From: a virus
Direction: 5' to 3' (one strand)
Virus record (IMG/VR): IMGVR_UViG_3300047491_001507
Length of the DNA: 42,384 nucleotides
The notes under the pieces are model-generated. The model had not been told where the DNA came from and made no database searches. It saw nothing but the letters and a program-made list of their open reading frames with translations. Shown piece by piece: positions 16,507 to 26,039 of this stretch (within the stretch, counting starts at the first letter, position 1; every line of letters starts with the position of its first letter). The translations under genes were made by a program, and so were the position numbers.

Positions 16507-18104
16507 TTTAAAAATTCCTTTTCATATTGTTCTTTAGGAACTAAATAAATATGCTCGTCAGGATCTGGCCCATCACAATAATACACAACTTCTTCTCCAT
16601 CGACATTTCTTGTGCCCAACAACACCACATCCCTCCAAATTCTATGAATAGAAGTCATGGTTTCACGCACATATTTTTCATACAAAGGACGATCATCCCA
16701 ATAATGCTGCATGAAAAACCAACCCTTGCCCAAATGATTAGGGTCAGTCAAGCGAATGTCGGGAAAACCTCCATTCAAATGCCTATTGAGCAGATTTTTC
16801 TTGATGGAATCAAAATCTCGATTCACAATTTTGTATTCTCCATTGGGGAATTTTCGCCATTCATAGAATTGTTTACGATCACAAAATTCTCTGGTGAAAA
16901 ATTCTTGAACCAATGTATAATCATTGTAAAATTTTCTAACTTCAAATACTTTTTCTTTACCTAATCCTAATTGTTTATCCCATTTTTCCTTTTCTTTCAT
17001 ATCCTGGCATTCTTCGTATTCTCGTCCAAATTTGCCTTTGTTCCATCGATCCTCGATATCCAAAAGCAATTCAAATCCCAATTTATAGGGATTCATAGAA
17101 TACTTTCCGCCCAAGACCTGCATTTTATGCTTGGAATATTCCCAAATTCCACAATCAGTGGTAGGTTGCCCTAAAGACACTAGCCCTTCTCTACAAAGAA
17201 GATGATAATCTACATAAGAGGCCCAACCTTCATTTATCATTTTGGTACGTCTCTGAGGATCAAAATACATCGATTCCTCATACAACATAGTGATAATGTC
17301 TTGTTGCCAAGGCTTTAAAGGGGCATGGTCCTTTAAATAACCCATAATATTTTTTTCTGGCTTTTCAAAAATATCCAGAAATTCTTTGGCATCCTTACGT
17401 TCAATAATTTCATGTTCTCTTTCGATATATTCCTTAGGATTCACCCATTCATCCATATAATTATGAGTTGAATCCAAACGACGAGGGTGACGATAATTTC
17501 TTTCGTCCTTGATTACCGCTTTCTTAATTTTACGTTGCTTCCAGGCATCTTGAGGATTAATCAATGTTTCAATTCTCAATACCTGATCGATAAACTCAGT
17601 AACTGTTTCCCTGCCCCAACGTGCCATATAATTGCGGATTCTTGTGCCGTGATTCGCAAGTTTGTTCATCATGTTTCCATCTGTAGGATGGAAGAAAATG
17701 TTGTTTTTAAAGAAATCGTTATGTCCAATGGCATGACAAATAACATTAATATTATCCACCAGGGTGTTAGAATCCATTATGTAAATACGACAAGGACAGG
17801 TATTCACAACCATTTCTGATATACGATATTGGTTAAATTCATATCCTCTTGCCAATTGCTCATATTCCATACCCCACTTCCAATGGGGATATCGTACAGG
17901 AAACCCTCCGTAACTAGCTAACTCTGACATTTCATCATAACAAACGAATTCCAGAATGATTGGGTAATAATCCAATCCCATACCCTTACATGCCGCTTCA
18001 ATTTGAGGCAATATTTCGACTACTTCCTTGTGTACTGGCACACCTGGGATAGTGTTATTGCCTTGTAGAATCGGAGAGCCACTAAACATTTTGGATTTAG
18101 ACAT
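16503..18104 (-). CDS. spoVR: SpoVR / YcgB-family protein.
   Basis: YPHWKWGMEYEQL...EMVVNTCP...HAIGHNDFFKNN matches the YcgB/SpoVR core (AHAAFGHNDFFKNN). 533 aa. ATGA-coupled to the downstream gene. Confidence 0.75.
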   Translation of the reverse strand: MSKSKMFSGSPILQGNNTIPGVPVHKEVVEILPQIEAACKGMGLDYYPIILEFVCYDEMSELASYGGFPVRYPHWKWGMEYEQLARGYEFNQYRISEMVVNTCPCRIYIMDSNTLVDNINVICHAIGHNDFFKNNIFFHPTDGNMMNKLANHGTRIRNYMARWGRETVTEFIDQVLRIETLINPQDAWKQRKIKKAVIKDERNYRHPRRLDSTHNYMDEWVNPKEYIEREHEIIERKDAKEFLDIFEKPEKNIMGYLKDHAPLKPWQQDIITMLYEESMYFDPQRRTKMINEGWASYVDYHLLCREGLVSLGQPTTDCGIWEYSKHKMQVLGGKYSMNPYKLGFELLLDIEDRWNKGKFGREYEECQDMKEKEKWDKQLGLGKEKVFEVRKFYNDYTLVQEFFTREFCDRKQFYEWRKFPNGEYKIVNRDFDSIKKNLLNRHLNGGFPDIRLTDPNHLGKGWFFMQHYWDDRPLYEKYVRETMTSIHRIWRDVVLLGTRNVDGEEVVYYCDGPDPDEHIYLVPKEQYEKEFLK

Positions 18105-18134
18105 TTTTTAATCTTCCTTAATACACAATTTAAC

Positions 18135-19097
18135 TTAACTTGGCTTTTTTTCAAGCTCTTTTTCAAGAAATTTAACAATTTGCAGCCAACTACCAGGATT
18201 TCTAAATAAAGTCACTGACGGATACCAGATAGTTTTACTTTCCCTTCCCCATCGAGGATCAGCATGAACAGGCAATAGTCCCCAAGTTGGCACTCCCATC
18301 ACCCCTGCTAAATGCAATACAACAGTATCCACACTAATTACAAGAGACATTTGACTTATTAATTCGGCAGTATCTAGAAGATCCTTTATTTTATTTGGCA
18401 AAAACAAATTGCATTCATGAGGAATTAAAGAATGTAGTTTGAATTTCTCTAAACGCACCAAATCCGGCAACGGAATGGACTTGTCTTTAAACAGATTGTT
18501 TTCTGGATTACTTTCCCAAGCAATTCCTATTTTAAAATCATCAGGTTTTTTGTAAGGATAAACAGATACTTGCTGAGGAATCGTTGTCTTTTCCAGCAAA
18601 TCTTTAAAATGAGCAGGATAATACACATCGTACTTCAATCCGGCTAAAATCGCTGGAACACTAAGAATATTAGTGTGATAATCGCATCGAACATGACTGT
18701 AAACAAAACGATCAATAGATGTTACGCCATGTAGCAATCGTTCGAATTGATCATAATAAGGATAACAATTCAAAGTAATAGTGCAACTTTTCCACCTATC
18801 TTTAATGACAGGCAAATAGCGAAGCATGTTGATTAAATCACCCATGCCTTGATCTGAGAAAATTTCAATAGATTTTCCAGATAGATCTTGTCCAGTCCAA
18901 TTAACACCAAAATGATCTTGTGTTAGATTCTTTTCATAAAGACTGACAAAATTTTTAACCAAAAAATCCTTAGGAAATAACCTAGAAAGCATTTCCAGTA
19001 AAGGTTTTGCTCTTTCTTTTTGGTTGGTGCAGAAATAATTATTGCAAGTGGCTAAAATATGAGATTTCATGCCGCTTGTGATTGTGTGGAATTTCAT
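18135..19097 (-). CDS. GT9-family heptosyltransferase-like glycosyltransferase (320 aa).
   Basis: SDQGMGDLINMLRYLPVIK (GT9 Gly-rich N-motif). C-terminal ...ISVDTVVLHLAGVMGVPTWGL. Confidence 0.65.
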   Translation of the reverse strand: MKFHTITSGMKSHILATCNNYFCTNQKERAKPLLEMLSRLFPKDFLVKNFVSLYEKNLTQDHFGVNWTGQDLSGKSIEIFSDQGMGDLINMLRYLPVIKDRWKSCTITLNCYPYYDQFERLLHGVTSIDRFVYSHVRCDYHTNILSVPAILAGLKYDVYYPAHFKDLLEKTTIPQQVSVYPYKKPDDFKIGIAWESNPENNLFKDKSIPLPDLVRLEKFKLHSLIPHECNLFLPNKIKDLLDTAELISQMSLVISVDTVVLHLAGVMGVPTWGLLPVHADPRWGRESKTIWYPSVTLFRNPGSWLQIVKFLEKELEKKPS

Positions 19098-19136
19098 TTT
19101 TCCATTTCTTCAAAATGAATACACCCAAACATAAAA

Positions 19137-20390
19137 TCACACAGGATTTTTAGCGTCTGAACGACCTAACAATTTACGAATCGCATCAATAATCTGCGTA
19201 TCTCTTGTTTCATCATCCATGTTAACTGGACTGTAATTCCAACTATTACCACTAGACTCAGTGCTGGCAGATGAGCCAATATCTACCGATCTTAAATAAT
19301 CGCTTTTAATATTCTCATCAATTGCCTTCTTGACACTACCTTCATAATTCCAAGAGCAAATCTGAGAAATCCCAATCATATTGACGATGTTAGGACTAAG
19401 TTGTTCGTTGATGATATTGACTACCTTTTCATTGTCTCCATCCCAGTTATCTCCATCTGTAAAATAAAATATATAAATATTAAATGCTTCTGGAGGATAA
19501 CGATTTTCTAATTGTTCAGCGATGGATTTGAACACAGACGAGCATAAAGTTCCGCCCATGTATCGCATTTTGTAAAATTGATCCTCATTAACTTCCATAG
19601 CTCGTGTGTCATGGACAAAATAACAACGATCAACTCGTTTATAAAACCTCTTGATCCAACAATCGATCCACCAAGCCATGTCAGAAACAATATCGCAACG
19701 AAAATCATCCATACTTCCAGAACAATCTCGGGCAAAGAAAATCACTGCATTAGATGAAGGGATTTTAATTTCTTTATATTGACGATATCTTCGATCAGAA
19801 TTAATTGGAGCAATCAAACGAATTGGCATCTTCATGCCAGGAAGTTGATGTACCTTTTCTAGACTTTTAGTCATTGCCAATCGTTTCAAAGTCTCCATAA
19901 TAGTTCGACGGGTATGCCTTAAAGACTCAGGACCAGTTTTGGAAATATCATTGTACTTAATCTTTACTTCTTCAAAAGTCTCATTGGGCTTAGGTTCCAT
20001 ACGAGGAAGCTTCAGTTCTTCCTCCATAAATTTCAAAACATCATCCAAGTCTACAGTAATATCAATGCCTTCGCCCGATTGATCGCCCGCTTTATTCCCT
20101 TTTCCAGGCTGAGGATCTCTGCCGATAATATCACCTTCCTTCCCAGGACCTCGTGCAATGCCTTTCCCCTGAGTGCCAAAGGCAAAATGGGGGATTTCAA
20201 TTTCAGGAATAGAGATGGTCATTTTACCACCTTTAGGACGATTTCGGACAATTGAGCCGGATTTAATTAAACGCTTTAACTCTCTCCTAGCTCTACCAGA
20301 GATTACATCCCTAAAACCTTGCCAATCTTCATGAATTCTCTTAGTAATAAAGCACCTATTTTCTGTAAACTTGGATGACGAAAAGTTCAA
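19137..20390 (-). CDS. yeaH: YeaH/YhbH-family protein (DUF444, vWA-like).
   Basis: VIFFARDCSGSMDD MIDAS-like DxSGSM motif. 417 aa. Sits between SpoVR-like and PrkA-like genes. Confidence 0.7.
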   Translation of the reverse strand: MNFSSSKFTENRCFITKRIHEDWQGFRDVISGRARRELKRLIKSGSIVRNRPKGGKMTISIPEIEIPHFAFGTQGKGIARGPGKEGDIIGRDPQPGKGNKAGDQSGEGIDITVDLDDVLKFMEEELKLPRMEPKPNETFEEVKIKYNDISKTGPESLRHTRRTIMETLKRLAMTKSLEKVHQLPGMKMPIRLIAPINSDRRYRQYKEIKIPSSNAVIFFARDCSGSMDDFRCDIVSDMAWWIDCWIKRFYKRVDRCYFVHDTRAMEVNEDQFYKMRYMGGTLCSSVFKSIAEQLENRYPPEAFNIYIFYFTDGDNWDGDNEKVVNIINEQLSPNIVNMIGISQICSWNYEGSVKKAIDENIKSDYLRSVDIGSSASTESSGNSWNYSPVNMDDETRDTQIIDAIRKLLGRSDAKNPV

Positions 20391-21010
20391 ACGTTATGTT
20401 CTAAAACATCTCTTGCAGCACAAATTTGCTTAATTTCTTTTTCTTCCGACTTTTCCATAACCAAAAGCCACCAAAATCCTTGAGATGGAAATCTGTCCAA
20501 AACACTATTCTCTAAATAAGGAAACACTCTAAATTCGCCGCCATATTTGTCCATCAACTGATGACAATAACCAGGAGCATTTCCGTATTTGTTGAACCCT
20601 ACAGGCATATCTGCTTGGCCACCAGTAATTAACTTAAAACTACTAAATCGTTCAAACAAAATATCTGCTGTTTTCAAAAACATCTCCCCATAAGTCCAGG
20701 TATAATATACCTCAACAACGGGAATTTCACAAGTAGTAAAATCCCCAACTAAAATGTCTAATCCTCTGTTTATAGCTACAGAATAACGAGCCGGATCTTT
20801 TTCAATCCCAATCACACTTTTGGCATGCTTCGCCATTTGTGCCATAATATCTCCTTCGCCACAACCAACATCACAAACTGTTTTGCCAGTAATGATATCT
20901 TTTATAGCTTCAACTATGCACAAAGGAGATCGCCAAGGAAATGGCCGTACAAATTCACTAGGATCAGGACAAACTAAAGGCAAATCTATAATTTTCGCTA
21001 TACTTTTCAT
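20387..21010 (-). CDS. Class I SAM-dependent methyltransferase.
   Basis: Motif I VCDVGCGEGDIM. Acidic residue after beta2 (IGIEKD). Confidence 0.65.
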   Translation of the reverse strand: MKSIAKIIDLPLVCPDPSEFVRPFPWRSPLCIVEAIKDIITGKTVCDVGCGEGDIMAQMAKHAKSVIGIEKDPARYSVAINRGLDILVGDFTTCEIPVVEVYYTWTYGEMFLKTADILFERFSSFKLITGGQADMPVGFNKYGNAPGYCHQLMDKYGGEFRVFPYLENSVLDRFPSQGFWWLLVMEKSEEKEIKQICAARDVLEHNV

Positions 21011-21023
21011 GTGTAATCCTTAA

Positions 21024-21056
21024 TTGTCCCATGTGTACATTGTACACATGGGACAA
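21024..21056. promoter_or_regulatory. Perfect 16-bp inverted repeat TTGTCCCATGTGTACA-t-TGTACACATGGGACAA between the PrkA stop and the methyltransferase RBS. Operator or processing hairpin.
   Basis: Read directly. The core GTGTACA-N-TGTACAC recurs at 42315-42331. Confidence 0.45.
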
Positions 21057-21066
21057 TAATTAAATG

Positions 21067-23205
21067 TTAATTTTCAGCAACATCACCGGTTGCAAACAAA
21101 GAGCTACAGTAATCGAGCACATCCGTGGCAGATTGCTGATTGTAACCATAATTCTTGATCAGCCTTGTCTTTACTGCTTCAAGCTTTTCCTGAAGATCTG
21201 GATCTACTTCTGATGCTTCTCTGGTTAAAGATGACAATTTAATGGTAGATCTAACATCCTCAAACATCTTGGCTTGCAAAGCTCGTTGCAATTCAGGATT
21301 GGAATCCCAGCTAAATTCCTGTTTGCGACGAGCCAACGTCCCAATAAACGATGACAAAGATCTACGAAAATCATCACATCCCTGTTCGGGAATGTTATTC
21401 TTTTCTTCGATACTTCGCATGAGACGCTCGTCTGGGTCCATCTTTTCTCCTGTGATCGGATTGATCATCTTCTCTTCATTTACATAAGCAATGACATTGT
21501 CAATGTATTTATTGCACAACCGTTCAATTGCCTTCTCATCTGCCACAAGAGCTTTCTGAACTTCATTCTTGAGAATTTCGTTCAGTTCTTTGATTGCCAA
21601 TTCCGCACAATATTCATATCGCTTAATATCTTCCACATTAGTGATCAAAGATGAAGCAGAAAGTCCTGCCTTCAACTCCGACATCACATGGAACACATTA
21701 ACATACGACTTGTGCCTTGCAAGACAATTAGAAAGCTTATCTTGCACATAACGAGCAGAAACGCCCGTATCCATACCTTCCGTAGTATACTTGTCTCTTA
21801 ATTCCTTAACAGAATCTTCTGTCCATCCTGGCAGAGCCCGACCATCATACAATTTCGCTTTATCACGAAGGTCCAGCTTTTTGTCAGGATCGTCATATAA
21901 TCGTGTCAAAACCGCAAATAAAGCAGCAATTTCTAGAGTATGCGGCATCATGTGCTGTTTGATTTTGGTAGGCCCGTAATCCTGTTCCAAAACCTTAATT
22001 TCATCAGACCATCTCAAAAGATATGGCACATCAATCTTAATAGTACGATCCCGCAAAGCTTCCATGAATTGGTTGCTCTTTAGGCGTTGAAATTCCGCAC
22101 CATTTGTATGGGATACAATCAATTCATCAATAACAATTTGGCTAAATTTCTTTGGTTTAATCTGGTGTTCTTGAGAAGCACCCAGCAAATCATAAAGAAA
22201 TTCATTGGTCAATTTCAACATTTCGATGAATTCAACCATACCACGATTGCCAACTTCAAATTCTCCATCGAAATTAAATGCTCGACTGTCAGAATCAGCC
22301 CCAAAATGTCCGATTTTGGCGAAATTCATGTCGCCAGTCAGTTCTGTGCTATCCTGATTTTTCTCATCTTTTGGTTGAAAAGTGCCAATACCTACTCGAT
22401 CAATTTCAGAATGGACTCGACGTACCACACGAATATGTTCTGTGACAACTTTAAACCAATCGCCATTGTATCGACGCAAAAGTTCACTCATAAAGAACTT
22501 ACAACGAGGATTCAAATCTCCTTCAGAGATTAATTCATAAGGAGAATCCCCATTATGTTGTTTGGAGAAAATGTCATTCAATTCTTTCAAAAAGACATTA
22601 CGCATTGACATTGGCATTAATTTCAATGGATTTTCATTCATTGGAGACATGCAAGTATCTTCAGTATACATTGCATTAATGCCTTCACATGGCAAATTGA
22701 CCCATTTATAAGAATACCAAGCTCCTTCTGGAGTGCGGCTGTATTTTTCCAAACCACGCTTAATCAAACGGCAAATTGTGGATTTCGAAGAACCAACAGG
22801 TCCATGTAGCAACAAAACACGATGTTCTGTGCCATATCCTCCAGCAGCACCTTGAATAAAATCCACAAGCTGCTGCAAAGTTTCTTCCAAACCAAAGATT
22901 GGAATCTCTTGATCATTAAAGAAATTGTAACGATTATAGCTTTTACGATATCTTTCGAAGGCAGTCACGCCTTTTGAAATAATCATATCGTAAATATATT
23001 GAAATGAATTTCTGGCCAAAGTCGGCTTGCTTTTAAGTTGCTCGACATAGTCTGAGAAACTCATTTCTTCATGAAGAGCCATAAATTCCTTACGATCATA
23101 CAATTGTGCGTACTGCATTAGGCTTGAAGAGACAGAGTTTTGTTGTTCCATAAGTAATTTCTGCTTTCTACAAAGTTGAGTTTGTAATTCTTGCTTCATC
23201 CACAC
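21067..23205 (-). CDS. prkA: PrkA/YeaG-family serine protein kinase (AAA+ N-domain plus kinase-like C-domain).
   Basis: P-loop block RVLLLHGPVGSSKSTICRLIKRGLEKYS. 712 aa. Conserved N-terminal and C-terminal architecture of the PrkA family. Confidence 0.8.
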   Translation of the reverse strand: MWMKQELQTQLCRKQKLLMEQQNSVSSSLMQYAQLYDRKEFMALHEEMSFSDYVEQLKSKPTLARNSFQYIYDMIISKGVTAFERYRKSYNRYNFFNDQEIPIFGLEETLQQLVDFIQGAAGGYGTEHRVLLLHGPVGSSKSTICRLIKRGLEKYSRTPEGAWYSYKWVNLPCEGINAMYTEDTCMSPMNENPLKLMPMSMRNVFLKELNDIFSKQHNGDSPYELISEGDLNPRCKFFMSELLRRYNGDWFKVVTEHIRVVRRVHSEIDRVGIGTFQPKDEKNQDSTELTGDMNFAKIGHFGADSDSRAFNFDGEFEVGNRGMVEFIEMLKLTNEFLYDLLGASQEHQIKPKKFSQIVIDELIVSHTNGAEFQRLKSNQFMEALRDRTIKIDVPYLLRWSDEIKVLEQDYGPTKIKQHMMPHTLEIAALFAVLTRLYDDPDKKLDLRDKAKLYDGRALPGWTEDSVKELRDKYTTEGMDTGVSARYVQDKLSNCLARHKSYVNVFHVMSELKAGLSASSLITNVEDIKRYEYCAELAIKELNEILKNEVQKALVADEKAIERLCNKYIDNVIAYVNEEKMINPITGEKMDPDERLMRSIEEKNNIPEQGCDDFRRSLSSFIGTLARRKQEFSWDSNPELQRALQAKMFEDVRSTIKLSSLTREASEVDPDLQEKLEAVKTRLIKNYGYNQQSATDVLDYCSSLFATGDVAEN

Positions 23206-23310
23206 AACTTGCTAATTTTAACGCAAAATTAACAGAGGTCTTATGTCCGCAAGCTTAAATTCGGCTGTAGCCTATTTAAATTTAATTGCATTAATATTGG
23301 TTAATTTAAG

Positions 23311-23338
23311 ACAATCTCAAACCAATTGCAATAGTAAA
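23311..23338 (-). promoter_or_regulatory. Candidate sigma70-like promoter for the prkA operon (TTGCAA - 16 nt - TTAAAT, minus strand).
   Basis: Lies in a 143-nt intergenic region, about 100 nt upstream of the prkA start. Confidence 0.25.
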
Positions 23339-23348
23339 ATTAGAAATA

Positions 23349-23591
23349 TTAGAAAAATTTTCTATTAGAAATACTTCCCAGGCTTCTTTGTACAGGAATA
23401 GCTACACTAGGAAGAGGAGCAGAAGTTATTGAATTCTTTTGCATTATACGCTGCACACTAGTTCCTCGTTTACGAACATTAGGCTTTAAAGAATTAATTT
23501 CAATATTATGTCCTGCCGTTCCAGGATTCATTGAACTAATTTGCCCAAAAAGACCTTTCATCTCATTTTGAATAAAAGATTTAAACCCCAT
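23349..23591 (-). CDS. Hypothetical protein (start reassigned to MGFKSF).
   Basis: AAGGGG RBS. ATG overlaps the upstream stop (ATGGGGTTTAA). Confidence 0.4.
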   Translation of the reverse strand: MGFKSFIQNEMKGLFGQISSMNPGTAGHNIEINSLKPNVRKRGTSVQRIMQKNSITSAPLPSVAIPVQRSLGSISNRKFF

Positions 23592-23940
23592 TATTGAAAT
23601 TGACCCCTTTAGATAAAGCGGCCTTTGCCAAATTAGGAGCAACTCTCTTAAGATCGACTCCCATTTCTTTTGCTAATGGCACCGCAACATTATTAGCATT
23701 GGTCTGCTTCAGAATCGTAGGATCAATTTTTCCCACTTTCTGCATCGCCATAGAAGTGCCCTTCAACAATTTGTCCCTTAAAACATTATCAGGACCGCCA
23801 GCAGCCAAATCAGATCTGAGTTTGGAAGTGGCCGGATCATTGGCAATCGCTTTAACTGCCTGATCTGTTGCTTTTCGTTCTTGATTTTGATCCACAATTG
23901 GTGGAACCATTGTTTCTAACCATGCTAAAAATGTTTTCAT
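23581..23940 (-). CDS. Hypothetical protein (119 aa).
   Basis: ORF abutting neighbours. Confidence 0.45.
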   Translation of the reverse strand: MKTFLAWLETMVPPIVDQNQERKATDQAVKAIANDPATSKLRSDLAAGGPDNVLRDKLLKGTSMAMQKVGKIDPTILKQTNANNVAVPLAKEMGVDLKRVAPNLAKAALSKGVNFNNGV

Positions 23941-23955
23941 ACAATATTTATGGTT

Positions 23956-24231
23956 TTATTCCCATTTTTCTTCGCCATTTATCCAATAATGTAAAACCCA
24001 TTGTCCTAAACTGGTTGGATACTTGCGATCAATCTTTATAATTCCAGCATGTATTTTTCTATGACACAAAGCACAACATGATACAGAGTTATGATCTACG
24101 TACTTGCCCCCTTGACTTCCTTCAACTATTCGATGAACATCTAAAAGCTCATATTTATCACATGAACAAAAATAACACTTTTTGTCAATTATTTTTTTGA
24201 CTTTTTTGTCAATTATCTTCCTTTTTCTCAT
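23956..24231 (-). CDS. HNH endonuclease.
   Basis: CYFCSC...HRIVEGSQGGKYVDHNSVSCCALCHRKIH: C2-H-N-C2-H HNH zinc-finger layout. Confidence 0.7.
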   Translation of the reverse strand: MRKRKIIDKKVKKIIDKKCYFCSCDKYELLDVHRIVEGSQGGKYVDHNSVSCCALCHRKIHAGIIKIDRKYPTSLGQWVLHYWINGEEKWE

Positions 24232-24267
24232 CCATTTATAAATGAGAAAAATTATTTCATTTTCAAT

Positions 24268-25638
24268 TTATTTTATTAAAAAATTTGAAGTGCTCAGATC
24301 AGGAATAATGGGAGCACGATATACCTCAGGAACCAAGTCATGTCCCACTATATCCTCAATTTTATAATCTGACCCTTTAATTAATACGTCAGGACATATC
24401 TCTTTAATAATCTCTAAGGGTGTATCTTCATCAAAACTGACTACAAAATCAACCATCTCCAATGCTGCCATCACCGCCATCCTTTGCTCCAAAGGCTTAA
24501 TTGGACGATTTGGACCCTTTAACCTCTTCACGCTCTCATCAGAATTGATAGCAACTACCAACTTATCGCCCTTGCTCTTAGCATAATTTAAGGTCATTAG
24601 ATGACCTTCATGGAGCAAATCGAAGCATCCATTGGTGAATACGAGCTTAAAGTCTCGATCTTTTAAATCCATGGGCTCTACAATGCCATCTGGAAGGATC
24701 TCAGCAGGAATAATGGGTCGATTCATATTGTTTTGAACATAGACAGCACCAGCATTCCAAGCAATTTCTGCGGCCTCAGCAACTGTAAATCTCTGACCAA
24801 TTGCCATAGCAAAACAAGCTGCAAAACAATCTCCAGCACCCACCACGCTATCTACATGAACATGTGGACGACAAGGTTGAAATTCAAATAGCTCATTTTT
24901 ATAAATTCCAGCTACCTTTTCGCCTCCAAAGGTAATTACCACCGCTTCACAACCTAATTCTTCCATGAAAAATTGAGCTTGATTTCTCCAACTGCTATAA
25001 CCGCTGAGATTTTCTGCTTCAATTTTATTAGGCTTAAAGATGGTACAGCCTTTCCATCTGGACAAAGGACCACGTTTTGGGTCTACAATGGTCACTACAT
25101 CTCGATATTGATCCAAAAAATTAACGTCTGATTTAAAAAATCCTTTATCATAATCAGAAAATATAGCCACATCCGGCTTTTCTGCTTTTTTGATTTCACT
25201 TACTATTCTTCTAGCAAATTCATTGATTTGTTCCTGAGAACGTCCACAAAGAAATTGCTCAATATCATGTCTTACAATCTGTGTGTGTCCATCTAAAAAC
25301 CTTCTTTTAATTGGCAAAAAAGCATCTGCCTCCCATGCAGTAATGGTTTTCAATTTATGATCCTTATACACCTTCATGGGTAAAGCATCCCAAAAACAAA
25401 TCAAACTTGCATCCACATTGAAATGTTTGAATTGATAAGCTACATTTGCGGCTCCTCCTGGCTTACGAATAGGCTCATCAGTAGTCGAAGTCATAATCGG
25501 CATAGGAGTTTCTGGAGAAATTCGATCCACCTTGACCGAAAAATACTCATCAATCATTGCATCACCTAGACAGTGAACCCTCACGCAATTTTGATGATTA
25601 CGTCTCAGAAACATCTTCAGAATGTTGTTTTTTGTCAT
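24268..25638 (-). CDS. hldE: Bifunctional HldE/RfaE: D-beta-D-heptose-7-phosphate kinase plus D-beta-D-heptose-1-phosphate adenylyltransferase.
   Basis: N-terminal PfkB-type sugar kinase (GAGDCF). C-terminal cytidylyltransferase-fold domain with FTNGCFDLLHEGH. Confidence 0.8.
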   Translation of the reverse strand: MTKNNILKMFLRRNHQNCVRVHCLGDAMIDEYFSVKVDRISPETPMPIMTSTTDEPIRKPGGAANVAYQFKHFNVDASLICFWDALPMKVYKDHKLKTITAWEADAFLPIKRRFLDGHTQIVRHDIEQFLCGRSQEQINEFARRIVSEIKKAEKPDVAIFSDYDKGFFKSDVNFLDQYRDVVTIVDPKRGPLSRWKGCTIFKPNKIEAENLSGYSSWRNQAQFFMEELGCEAVVITFGGEKVAGIYKNELFEFQPCRPHVHVDSVVGAGDCFAACFAMAIGQRFTVAEAAEIAWNAGAVYVQNNMNRPIIPAEILPDGIVEPMDLKDRDFKLVFTNGCFDLLHEGHLMTLNYAKSKGDKLVVAINSDESVKRLKGPNRPIKPLEQRMAVMAALEMVDFVVSFDEDTPLEIIKEICPDVLIKGSDYKIEDIVGHDLVPEVYRAPIIPDLSTSNFLIK

Positions 25639-25780
25639 CCTTTTTTTTCCAAACGTATTTTTTAAAAGCTTCTAGACCCAAAAAACCACAAATCGCTTGA
25701 AATACCCCTTTTAACACCAAGTAACCAATAGATACGGTTAATTCTGGCAGAAGCTCTTTCTTATTTGAGTTATTGTTCAT
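25598..25780 (-). CDS. Small single-TM protein (60 aa).
   Basis: Hydrophobic core IGYLVLKGVFQAICGFLGL, then a lysine-rich tail. Overlaps the annotated hldE start. Confidence 0.3.
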   Translation of the reverse strand: MNNNSNKKELLPELTVSIGYLVLKGVFQAICGFLGLEAFKKYVWKKKDDKKQHSEDVSET

Positions 25781-26039
25781 CTTTTTTTTGAATGCTAAAT
25801 TTTAATGTCTTTATATCATAACCTCGATTTTCCAACTCTTTGACAAAACTAGGATCGAAAGCCATCCCATTTTTTTCATAATCCCATCTTTGTCGATCTG
25901 AACAAAACATATAATACAACAATGACCGATCAGCAGAAGAAGTACCTTCTCCATTACTAAATATTAAATCAGGTGACTCATGGGGCAATTTGCCCCACTG
26001 AGCTTTCAATTGGTTCTTCTTCGCAAATTTGCTGCTCAT
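25770..26039 (-). CDS. Hypothetical protein (89 aa).
   Basis: ORF with small overlaps to both neighbours. Confidence 0.4.
   Translation of the reverse strand: MSSKFAKKNQLKAQWGKLPHESPDLIFSNGEGTSSADRSLLYYMFCSDRQRWDYEKNGMAFDPSFVKELENRGYDIKTLKFSIQKKDEQ

Noticed and set aside
16551-17819. Plus-strand ORFs inside the SpoVR-like gene, and similar embedded ORFs inside prkA (21242-22533), the GT9 genes and hldE.
   Set aside because: They lie antisense within long, motif-supported genes and lack start context.
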